From Octopus bimaculoides (taxonomy: Eukaryota), in contig NC_068992.1 of NCBI RefSeq assembly GCF_001194135.2, forward strand, positions 36,707,702 to 36,771,687: DNA of 63,986 nucleotides. Reading direction: 5' to 3'. Positions 39,013-48,631 of the stretch are shown here, one piece after another. Within the stretch, counting starts at the first letter, position 1, and each line of letters begins with the position of its first letter. The position numbers and the translations under genes were made by a program. The notes under the pieces were generated by a model. That model was not told where the DNA came from. It did no database searches and saw only the letters and a program-made list of their open reading frames with translations.

Positions 39013-40430
39013 AGGCAATTACTTCCTATTCGATGCAACATACTATCGCCAAAAATGCGTTATTGCAATGGGAACGAAAGCAGCGCCTGTCCTTGCGAAC
39101 CTAACAATGGGTTTCTTTGAATCTACCCTATATGAACTTTCGCTCCAAAAATTTGGACCCCCATTCCACCAGTATATAAGAGAAAACTGGAAAAGGTACC
39201 CAGAGGATTGTTTTATTATCTGGAATGAAACCTATGATAAACTCCTGGATTTCAAATCCACACTAAACAATATAAACTCCAATATTCAATTTACAATGGA
39301 ATATAGCAAGGAACAGCTCTCATTTCTAGACATTTTGATTATAAAAACTACAACAACCAAATTGCAACTGACATTTACTACAAACCAACAGACTCGAAGC
39401 AGTATCTCCTTTTCAGTTCATGCCATCCTAAACACACCAAAATAAATATCCCATTCAATCTAGCAAAAAGGATCTGTACAATTGTATCTGACACAATCAC
39501 TCGGGAACTTCGCCTACAAGACCTCAAAATAACACTCCTTGAACGTCAATACCCACCCGCACTTATAGACCATGGAATTACACGTGCCAAGAAATTGGAC
39601 ACGAACACACTAAGGACAAAAAACAAAACACCACACCTCACTTTAAATCACTCCCATACATATCAACCCACAACCCCAGAAACAATGAAGCATACAACAC
39701 AATTATACAAAATCTCCTTCTGCTTAATCAAGACCCGAAAATGAACAACATCATAAATGCAAAAGACAACACAAATCACTCAAGAGACTCCTAACAAATG
39801 CAAAACTATACTCAATACATACGATACCAACAGTTAAAAAATGCAGACGACCTAATTGTGGTTCATGCCCATACCTAACTGAAGGCTCGGAGTTCACATT
39901 CCAGCAAGGAGAAAAATTCTCAATTAAGACCAAATTCACATGTGCTTCCCAGAACTTTATCTCTCTTCTAACCTGCTCAGGTTGTGGCCACAATTATGTG
40001 GGCCAAACGAGTCTTACTTTGAGACGCAGAGTCACGCTGCATAAAGAACAGATTCGTTTTCCTTAAAACAGGCAGATAGCCCTGAGCGAACATATCGACA
40101 GATGCCCAAGAAACAAAACGCCGAATTTTCATATCTTTCCATTATACCAATGCAAAGATTCAATCTCCTTATAAGAACGCCTAAACAAGGAAAATTTGTT
40201 CATACAAAGGTACAGACCACACCTTAATATACAAACTTGACCACTACAAAAATTATTCTGAGGAGTTAGTTGTTCCCCTCGCCACCTGTTGCCTCCCTTG
40301 GTCCACTCTTTAGACTCATTCTTATTTTTCAAGCGTCCAAAATGGAGATACCCCTTTGTCACAAGGATTGATTACGTCACAATGTCCATTGAAAAGCTAA
40401 TTTAAATAGCGAAAACCGGTTGGATATCTC
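39013..40430 (+). mobile_element. Penelope-like element (Neptune-type), 5'-truncated: RT core, linker, GIY-YIG, 3' end
   Basis: YRQKCVIAMGTKAAPVLANL; WKRYPEDCF (YIDD decayed); SFLDI; KCRRPNCGSC; NFISLLTCSGCGHNYVGQT. Confidence 0.92.
40382..40427 (+). ncRNA. Degenerate minimal hammerhead-like motif at PLE 3' end
   Basis: AUGUCCA-UUGAAAA-GCUA(auuuaaa)UAGC-GAAA-ACCGGU-UGGAUAU; stems I and II intact, core altered, one-nucleotide register anomaly. Confidence 0.45.
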
Positions 40431-40632
40431 GACATCCATAAAATATGTATATATATTTTTTAAATTCTTTATAAAAAGATATTAAACTATGTGAAACGAA
40501 GGCATTTCTATTCCACTTTTTATGTTTTCCACATATTTTCAACTCATAATTTTGCCACGTGGTTTATACTGAATGTCCAGTATTTTCGCTCCTTTTATAT
40601 TTTTATATTTATATACATATATATATATATAT

Positions 40633-40808
40633 ATACGCACACACGTGACAAGTTTCTTTCAATCTACTTATGCCAAATCCACTCACAAGGCTTTGGTCGG
40701 CCCAAGACCATAGTAAAAGGCACTTGCCCAAGGTGACATGCAGTGGGACTGAACTCAGAACCATATGACTGGGAAGCAAGCTTCTTACCACACAGCCACG
40801 CCTCCGCC
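40633..40808 (-). mobile_element. tRNA-derived SINE (head + body)
   Basis: GGCGGAGGCGTGGCTGTGTGGTAAG (A box) ... GAGTTCAGTCCC (B box) ... CACCTTGGGCAAG ... GGGCCGACCAAAGCC. Confidence 0.88.
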
Positions 40809-40816
40809 TATATATA

Positions 40817-41069
40817 AATTTATAATCAGGGTACAAGATAGTACACAGCATTGCTAGAAATAAGAGTCAAAACTGCTCAAGATCACAGTTATCACTAATA
40901 CAAACTCGTGAATGCGAGGAAACGAGTAAATATAATGCCAACTTACCAAATAGCGATTAAAATCTCAAATAAATAAATTTGCAGACATACTCGTATCAAG
41001 TGATTTCGAACCATGTGATAAACACCTAATTCTCATCAGCGAATATTACTGCCGTGGGCTAAAGATACT
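40817..41069 (-). repeat. Hammerhead-bearing ~250-bp repeat, copy 1
   Basis: Aligns by eye along its length with 41347-41582 and, inverted, with 41722-41954. Confidence 0.9.
40981..41052 (-). ncRNA. Type I hammerhead ribozyme fold (copy 1)
   Basis: Stem I AUAUUCG/CGAGUAU plus distal GCAG/CUGC; CUGAUGA (41039-41033); stem II GAA..GUG-uuuau-CAC..UUC; GAAA (41007-41004); stem III AUC-acuu-GAU; AUA triplet, predicted cut between 40994 and 40993. Confidence 0.85.
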
Positions 41070-41307
41070 TTGACCATTTTTAAAGTTTTCTATGTAAATA
41101 TAGAAACCTCACTCAGTGATTTCCTTCCCAATAATTTTGTACCATTTTATGTGAGCCCTTGTGGTTGCCGGACAAAAAGCTTAGCGGTATTTTGTCTGTC
41201 TTCACTTAGGCTCACTTCAATTCGGTCAAGCCTTGCATTCACTTCTGTCAAGTCTTGCATTCTCTTCTGTCAAGCGTGTATCCACCTACATTTATCCACC
41301 TTTCGGA

Positions 41308-41590
41308 GCTAGTAAGCATAAAATAACCATAAAGGTAACAATTATTAATTTATAATCAGAGTACAACATAGAACACAGCATTGTTAGAAATAAAAATCAA
41401 ACGGCTCAAAATCAGTTATCACTAATGCACGCTGGTGAATTCGAGGAAACGAATAAATATAAAGCCAATTTACCAAATAGCGATTGGAATGACAAATAAA
41501 TAAATTTACAGCCGTATTCGTATCACGGGATTTCGAACCCTGATATAAACAGTTCTCATCAGCGAATATTACTGCCGTGTGCTTGCTAGC
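41308..41590 (-). repeat. Hammerhead-bearing repeat, copy 2 (bounded by 10-bp inverted repeats)
   Basis: Core homology 41347-41582; GCTAGTAAGC (41308-41317) and GCTTGCTAGC (41581-41590) are 9/10 complementary. Confidence 0.88.
41508..41575 (-). ncRNA. Type I hammerhead ribozyme fold (copy 2)
   Basis: Stem I UAUUCG/CGAAUA; CUGAUGA (41562-41556); stem II GAAC..GUUC; GAAA (41534-41531); stem III AUC-ccgu-GAU; AUA triplet, predicted cut between 41521 and 41520. Confidence 0.85.
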
Positions 41591-41721
41591 CACTTATACT
41601 ATTGTTATTATTTCTTTTATTAATGATAATATATTTTATATATTTTAATAATTTTATTGACTTCCATCATTTTTTGAATTTGCCGCGGTATTCAAATGAT
41701 CAATACACACATGGTGACACG

Positions 41722-41992
41722 AGTATCTTTAGCTCACGTCAGTAATATTCGCTGATGAGAACGAAGTGTTTATCACAGGGTTCGAAATCACATGATATAA
41801 GTACGTCTGAAAATTTATGTATTTGCGATTTCAATCGTTATTTGGTAAGATGTCTATATATTTACCTCGTTTCCTCGAGTTCACGAGTGTGTATTAGTGA
41901 TAACTGTGGTCTTGAGCCGTTTTGACTCTTAATTCTTATACCCTCATTATAAATAAATATTTTTAAAATTCATGGTTAATTTAAGCTTGCTA
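41722..41992 (+). repeat. Hammerhead-bearing repeat, copy 3 (inverted, internal deletion)
   Basis: Reverse complement of copies 1 and 2; homology to the copy-2 flank extends to GGTTAATTTAAGCTTGCTAGC at ~41992. Confidence 0.88.
41739..41810 (+). ncRNA. Type I hammerhead fold (copy 3), stem I weakened
   Basis: CUGAUGA 41752-41758; GAAC..GUG-uuuau-CAC..GUUC; GAAA 41784-41787; AUC-acau-GAU-A (predicted cut after 41797); the 3' strand of stem I (UAAGUAC) has mismatches next to the core. Confidence 0.7.
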
Positions 41993-42018
41993 GCCACTTA
42001 TATTATTATTATTTTTAT

Positions 42019-42064
<46 letters not shown>

Positions 42065-42370
42065 NNNNNNNNNNNNNNNNNNNNNNNNNNNNNNNNNNNN
42101 NNNNNNNNNNNNNNNNNNNNNNNNNNNNNNNNNNNNNNNNNNNNNNNNNNNNNNNNNNNNNNNNNNNNNNNNNNNNNNNNNNNNNNNNNNNNNNNNNNNN
42201 NNNNNNNNNNNNNNNNNNNNNNNNNNNNNNNNNNNNNNNNNNNNNNNNNNNNNNNNNNNNNNNNNNNNNNNNNNNNNNNNNNNNNNNNNNNNNNNNNNNN
42301 NNNNNNNNNNNNNNNNNNNNNNNNNNNNNNNNNNNNNNNNNNNNNNNNNNNNNNNGTATCCGACAGAGTA

Positions 42371-42652
42371 AAGGGAATGAAGTTTATCTGTATATATCTT
42401 CATCAAAGAAGCGGGAAATACTATATTCTTGGGAATAGAAATTTCCCTTATGAATTTTTTTTACACACTGGCTTCTTGATAAAATTCTTGTAAAAGAGTT
42501 TTATCCATTTTTGAATTTATTTATCAAATATATACACGGAATATATTCAATGTTGAATTTTTATTCCTGTCTCCACATGGGTACCCAAAAACAACCGGGA
42601 AGTATTTCCCGCTTCTTTGATGGAGATATATACAGATAAACTTCATTCCCTT
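42371..42652. mobile_element. MITE with 52-bp terminal inverted repeats
   Basis: 42371-42422 vs reverse complement of 42601-42652: 51/52 identical; ~180-bp AT-rich non-coding spacer; target-site duplication unclear. Confidence 0.85.
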
Positions 42653-42654
42653 AG

Positions 42655-43185
42655 GGCATCCCTAACCTACCTTTTAACGGTTCTTGGCAGCAGACAAGTG
42701 GCTTTCCTTCTTTCCACAATAAGCGGAAGACGAGGTGCTCCAACTTGTTTAGTCACGAGTCGGGGCAAGGGACAACGGTTAGGTGGTAGGTGATTATAGA
42801 TGCAATAAACACCTGAACCACCTCTGCCCTTCCTTTCAGAGACAGATCCCGTCCGGACCAAGTCAGGACTAGGGCCTGCACCCTGATTGTCACCTCGCTC
42901 CAATTTTTCTCTGTCTGGGAGTCCGGTCCAAACCGAGCTCCAAGCAACTTAACAGGACCATATGTCCAGTGACCAACGACACTGGATGATATAGACTTGC
43001 TCGTCCAGGCGGAATACTGTAAAGGACCGATTATACCAACGGAGGTCAAAGAGGTGTTGGCCGAGTGCGCCGGGGAGACGTCGCCGGGGCTGGATGGTCT
43101 TCCCTATGAGTTTTATCGTAGCATGCCAGACTTGTTCGGGGACCTGCTAGCAGGCGTCTACACAAACTGGCAACAGAATGGGAGT
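42655..43185. mobile_element. L1/Tx1-clade LINE fragments in back-to-back orientation
   Basis: Minus: GHWTYGPVKLLGARFGPD...LSLKGRAEV (thumb). Plus: CKGPIIPTEV...SPGLDGLPYEFY (pre-RT). Switch near 42965-42995. Confidence 0.8.
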
Positions 43186-43204
43186 GATGACGCTGATCTA
43201 GAAG

Positions 43205-43466
43205 GGCCCGAGCAAGGGGGACATAACTTTATGGCTATGATGCTCCCCCACTACTTCTGCTCGTGATCAGAAATGCATACATCGTCAGCCACCAAGGGAC
43301 ATGCTCAACTGGTTACGGTCAAACAACTAACAAGCAAAATCTGTGGAATTAAGCAGAATATTTGTTGTAGCCCATCTTTTTAAACCAAGACAAAACAATG
43401 TGCATGATAATACTTCCAATCAATTAAGATCAGAAGCCATGAGAGCCACTGCCCTGTACTGCATCA
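43205..43466 (-). mobile_element. (TAA)n-associated non-coding repeat, 5' part
   Basis: Homologous to 43945-44105 and 52020-52240; starts immediately after the (AAT)n run at 43467-43547. Confidence 0.8.
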
Positions 43467-43470
43467 GGGC

Positions 43471-43513
<43 letters not shown>

Positions 43514-43547
43514 GTTATTATTATTATTAATATTAATATTATTATTG

Positions 43548-44105
43548 AATGAGAGAGCAGCATACGCCATCAAAGTGACCTTATGTTACAAATATACGAA
43601 ACCCAATATACCCATCATGACTACCGGTCTGGTCAGGGTACACCAGGGATGTGTATGATAACGATATGTACGTGATATGATGACCTCATAAACAACCAAT
43701 ATCAAGATCAACAAGTGTCACCTCAGTCTGCTGGCTTGTGGGTATGGCCCAGTTAGAATTTTCTTCAGGTCGAGTAGCCCACCCCGCTCGAAAGGGTTGT
43801 TTAAGGATTATGAACGAAACACCTATGTTTCCAGAAGTGAATTATTCAAACCCCAAAGAACTCCTTCTCACCATATGTACCCATATATTGAGAGGAAACA
43901 TCGTAAATTCTCAACATATGGGTGTGTTTTTCGCTGACTATTCCGCTCGAGATCAGCGATGCACATATCGTCAGCCACTAAGGAACATGCTAAACTGGTT
44001 AAGATCAAGCAACTGACAATCAAATCTATGGTCGTGAGCAGAATATGTTTTGTAGCTCATCTTGTACACTAATACAAAACATGTACATGTTAACACTTCT
44101 AGAAT
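43548..44105 (-). mobile_element. (TAA)n-tailed non-coding repeat, ~550 bp
   Basis: Collinear with 51755-52240 and 19945-20050; ends ...CTCTCTCATTCA(ATA)n on the minus strand. Confidence 0.8.
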
Positions 44106-44129
44106 TCATCAAACGCAAGCCTCCTGAAA

Positions 44130-45500
44130 CTATGCACAAAAGATACGAGGCATAGATCTTAAACAAAAACTCACTATCATTTATATCCTTATACTTTTCG
44201 TCTAAGAAAATTGCTCAGAAGAAATTGCTTGAGATGAATAATACTTGGTGGGCAAATTAGGCGCTAGAATTGGATTTGGCTACTAACTCCCAGAACTTGA
44301 AAGCCTTGTATAATCATCTGGAAGGTATATTTTGTCAAGAAAGGTGGGGCTGTACGAAACTTCCTCTTCCTGATAACGGGTCAAAAACAAAGGTGAAATT
44401 CTGAAAAGATGGGCTGAACACTTTAAATCAAGAATCCAGTACCGATCCTGCAGAATCCTTCAGAGGCCTATAATTGAAGAACTTCCAGAAGATCTTTCTT
44501 TGGAAGAGATAAGTACTGCTGTTAAAAAACTTTCCAGTGGTAAACCTCCTGAAAAAAAAAATGGAATTCTCACAGAAGTGTTCAGGCATAATGGTATACA
44601 ACTAGTTAAAAAGCTGCGCAAACTCATTTGTTTATTTTAGAAACTGGATCTGTTCCCCAACAATTCAAAGATGTATCTATAACGGACTAGTACAAAAACA
44701 AAAATAGAAGAAGAGTGATAATCACAGGGAAATAAGTTTGTTGTGCATAGCCGGAATAATTCTTTGAGTGCTCATAAATTTGAGGGTATTCATGAAATAG
44801 TTGACAGATTTGCTGCGGCAACTCGTGCATTTGGGCTCATTATCAGCATTAAAATTGAAGTTTTATTCCAACCAAAGATTGGAATATACTCAGGTTTCAG
44901 ATGTGATGATTGATAATAAGCCACTTAAATGGGTCAGATCCTTTAAATAACTTGGAAGTGTAGTAAACTTTAAGAGTACTCTTGATGACGAAATTAATTT
45001 TAGAATATCTAAGGCTACGAGTGCTTTTGGAAAAAGCTTTCCATCATTTGTGGGATAAACACGGTGTCAATTTGAAATCTAAAATAAGTGTATACAAACC
45101 TTGTATCTTGAGTACACTTTTTTACGAGGCAGAAACATCAACTTCCTACAACAGATGTATAAAGCAACTTGAAATTTTTCACACGTGTTGTCTGCACAAT
45201 AAATTTTATGTTGTCCTCTACATAAAAAGGCAAGATAAGCTACTAAAATGTCAATGTTTAAGATAAATGTTATATCTCCAGTACCGAAAGCATGCTGTTG
45301 AGAATTCAGTGCAGATGGGCATGACATGTTATTGGAATTGAAGATGATCGCATTCCGAGAATTCTTTTGTCTGGGCAACATTCGGCGGTGAAGGATAAGT
45401 TGAAACAATCATTAAAATCCTTACAGCTTAATTTAACATCTAAGGAAAGTTATTGCCTAGATCGGTCTGAGTGGAGTAAAATATGCCATGATGCATCAAA
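44130..45500 (+). mobile_element. RTE-clade LINE, degenerate with internal deletion
   Basis: EILKRWAEHF; AVKKLSSGKPP...EVF; NHREISLLCIAG; LDDEINFRISKATSAFG; KISVYKPCILSTLFYEAET. Confidence 0.8.
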
Positions 45501-46067
45501 AGAAAATTTGAATTGAAAAAATAGTTAAATAAAAAAATTACATTCTATAATCAACAGACAAAATGAAAATCATCACTATCCTCATTATGATTCATACCTG
45601 GACTCAAATGACACACGTATCCATCGCAAATAGATGCAGCTTCTTTTATTTTTAATCCATTTATTTTAAAATCCTTCCCTTCAACCTCTTATACGTCAAA
45701 ATCGATTGTAGTGACCATCATTTTCTTTATTATTACTGTGATTATTGTCATTATTATCATTATTAATTCGTTGAACAATGAAGAAATAAAATACAGTTCA
45801 CCTTGTTTTTTCTTTCTTACTAACTTTCAAGACTTTGGCAGACAGTACCTTAATAAGGAATGAGAAAAGTTTACAAATATAAACTCGGAACCACGGCACT
45901 GACAGATATTAATAAATATTTTATTCCTCCAAATCATTCATCACCTTCTAATACGATACTCCCGACTTTATCCTTAGCCTTCCTTTCAGCATTCGTTTAT
46001 CTGTTGAACTTTATATTTCTCTCCTTTATCTATCACTTAGTTTCTATCCGTCATAACACAGTCAGTG

Positions 46068-46600
46068 CTGGCTATAATTTCTATAGAAAATCAGTAGAGA
46101 TAACCTTAACAAGTGATTTAATAGCACTGCTAACACAGCAGAACACAATATTGGCTTATAAACCGTTTAATACTCTTTGTAGTATATTATGGTTGCATAA
46201 CGAAATACATTATCCCTATGAGTAATAAATATGCTCCTACCAGCTACCAGAAATGTGTTTAATTTGTAAAATTGCTATAGCCAATAGTGTTACACCGTTA
46301 TATTTAGTAACTATTTAAGCAATGAGCTCGTGGATGGCTCGTGTACTGCATGTGGTGCTGAAGAAAGAAGAAGAGCTCCTGAAATATGTATATACACCCA
46401 TTACCTATATTTTTCCATTTACGATTGCATTGTTTACGTTAGAATTATTCGGATACGAAACATCGTAACGAATCAGGACTGGCTATAATTCCTATAGAGA
46501 TTCTGTAGAGATAACCTTAAAAAGTTATTTACTAGCACTGCTAACACGGTAGGATACAGTATTAACTTATAAGTGTTTAATATACTTCGTAGTTGATTAT
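46068..46600 (+). repeat. Diverged ~120-bp direct repeat pair (46068-46190 and 46479-46600)
   Basis: Shared CTGGCTATAATT.CTATAGA...GTAGAGATAACCTTAA...TAGCACTGCTAACAC...TTTAATA. Confidence 0.8.
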
Positions 46601-46649
46601 TATAAAGAAATATGGTGTCCTTACAAGTAACTGATTCCTCTGTATATAT

Positions 46650-48520
46650 ATTCTTGTTGTTATGCATGATTTGAAAAGTATTGCTAAGAATCCATCGGAG
46701 CCAGCAGCTGAGTTTGCGTCTCCCTCATCTATAGCCAGTATTACATCCTCTTCTTTGATGTTGATGAATTTAATTGTTACTGCCTCCATTTTTACATCTG
46801 TAGTGACAAAGGGTTCTATAGGTCCGCTGATTGCATGTGCCGTATGTGTGGTGTAAAGACACAAAGGCAGTTTCTTTGGCATACTTAAAGAAGGCTTTAA
46901 CATGTGATTTTAATTTATTGTAACCCAGGCTTCTTTTCCTGTAGAGCTTTCTCTTCTTTTTCATGGGAGCATTTCGGATGTTTCTCCATCTCCCGCAGTG
47001 CTGTTTCCAGGCAGGATTTTCCACTGCCATTTAATTCTTTGTTGACACAGTTTACAATTCTTTGTACACCGTATCAATTAAACTTTTCTCTCCCTGAGAG
47101 TCTTGCTCTTTTATACAGTAGCCTTTCTCATTGGGACAATCTTGTAGCATATGGCTTGCATTACCAACATGAATTCTTTGAATTTCATGTCCGTGTCAGG
47201 TGTAGACAGACATCGGCGCCAATCCTGTTTCATAATCTCTATCTCAATTGATTTCCAGTATGCTTTATGGAAGTTCAGGCTGCATGTCTGCTGGTTCATT
47301 TGGTCCATACATGGTAGAGTCTACTATATTGTCATCCGAGACTAGTGTCAGTGTCACTTTCACATTATGGATGAGATCCATATTGTTTGTGAAGCAGAGA
47401 TCAAATATATTGCTTGTCCTGGTTGGTTAGAGTAGTACTTGTTTCATGTATAACTTGGTGAGGTTCAGCGGGGATTTCCCCTGACTTTGTTCACATCGAT
47501 TCATTTCTGAGACGAAGATGCCCCCAGGCCATCCTAACTGGGCAGGTTGATGTCTCTCATGAGAAGTACACAGATGTATTGCTGTATCTTGGTTAAGATT
47601 TCTTCTACTCTTGCAAGGCAGTCTTCCAATAGGCCCGGGTGATCTGCAACACCCAGTGGGTGATAAGTAGTACATATAACTATATCGAGTGGTCTTATAT
47701 GTACAATTAGTGCGTCACACATCGAGTTTGAGTGGGCAAGGATCTGGGGCGTAAGACCTTCACGGATGTACATTGCAACTCCACCATGACTAATGTCTTT
47801 TCTATCGCTTCGCAGTACAATATACTCTGGTTCGTGTATTTCTGCATCTGCGATGTCGGGTTCTAGATGCCTTTCAGTGAGCGCTATGCATAAAGCTTGA
47901 TTGCATGCTGCGAGGGATTTCAGGGAGGGAATTTTGGTTCTGTTACTGAGTTGTAAGAGGCCTCTGATGTTCACAAAGTATATTGATGTGACATCTGTGC
48001 TGATGCCAGTGATGGCCTGCCTGAGTCCATTGGTTGTGACGGTCTTGTATGTTGGCGGGGATAGTTCCAACGCTGAAATCGATGTAGTCAGGTTATTTGC
48101 TGTACAATCTTTTGCGCCATGCATAAAAAAGATTGTCAGCCCTTATGATGGCATCTAGATAGGGCTGGCTGTTGGAGGTAATGCGCACTACATCGACATA
48201 TTTTCGTTTGGTTGCAGGCGATGCGCGACTTTTTCCCCTTTGAAGTCTTTCTTTATCTTTTGCTCCCTATCGAGGTAAGCTTTTGTCCTGCCTGTGGCAT
48301 GGTTTTGGGTGTAGGAAGCAGCAGTTTGTGCCGTCATCTCCATACCAGCAGACACTGCACAGGTAGAATTTACACTTGTGTGCGCTCCTTAACTATTTGT
48401 ACCTTCACGTATGGGCTGTCTAACTTGTTTCTTTTCTTAGTTGTTTTACTCGGGGCCTGTCTTTTGCTTTTTCTTCATTTACTGTTCCTTTTACGTTTTT
48501 TTCCTTTTTTAGCGCTTTAA
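46650..48520 (-). mobile_element. CR1/L2/Jockey-group LINE 5' part: Cys/His-rich ORF1 remnant, APE endonuclease, start of RT
   Basis: IYFVNIRGL...CIALTE.HL...RSDR...GGVAMYI...DINLP (APE); DVILAIDE...SAAGSDG (pre-RT SPGPDG motif); CKFY..C.YG....C.FLHPKPC upstream. Confidence 0.82.
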
Positions 48521-48581
48521 TCTTTGGTTGTTCACATTGGTGATGGTAAGGTCATTAATGCTGATGTTCCCTCGTGGGCCA

Positions 48582-48631
<50 letters not shown>

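Noticed and set aside
41722-41800. Possible tRNA gene suggested by A/B-box-like motifs
   Set aside because: No cloverleaf can be drawn; the sequence folds instead as a hammerhead.
40817-41992. CRISPR-like repeat-spacer interpretation
   Set aside because: Repeats are ~250 bp, mixed in orientation, eukaryotic in context, and there are no cas genes.
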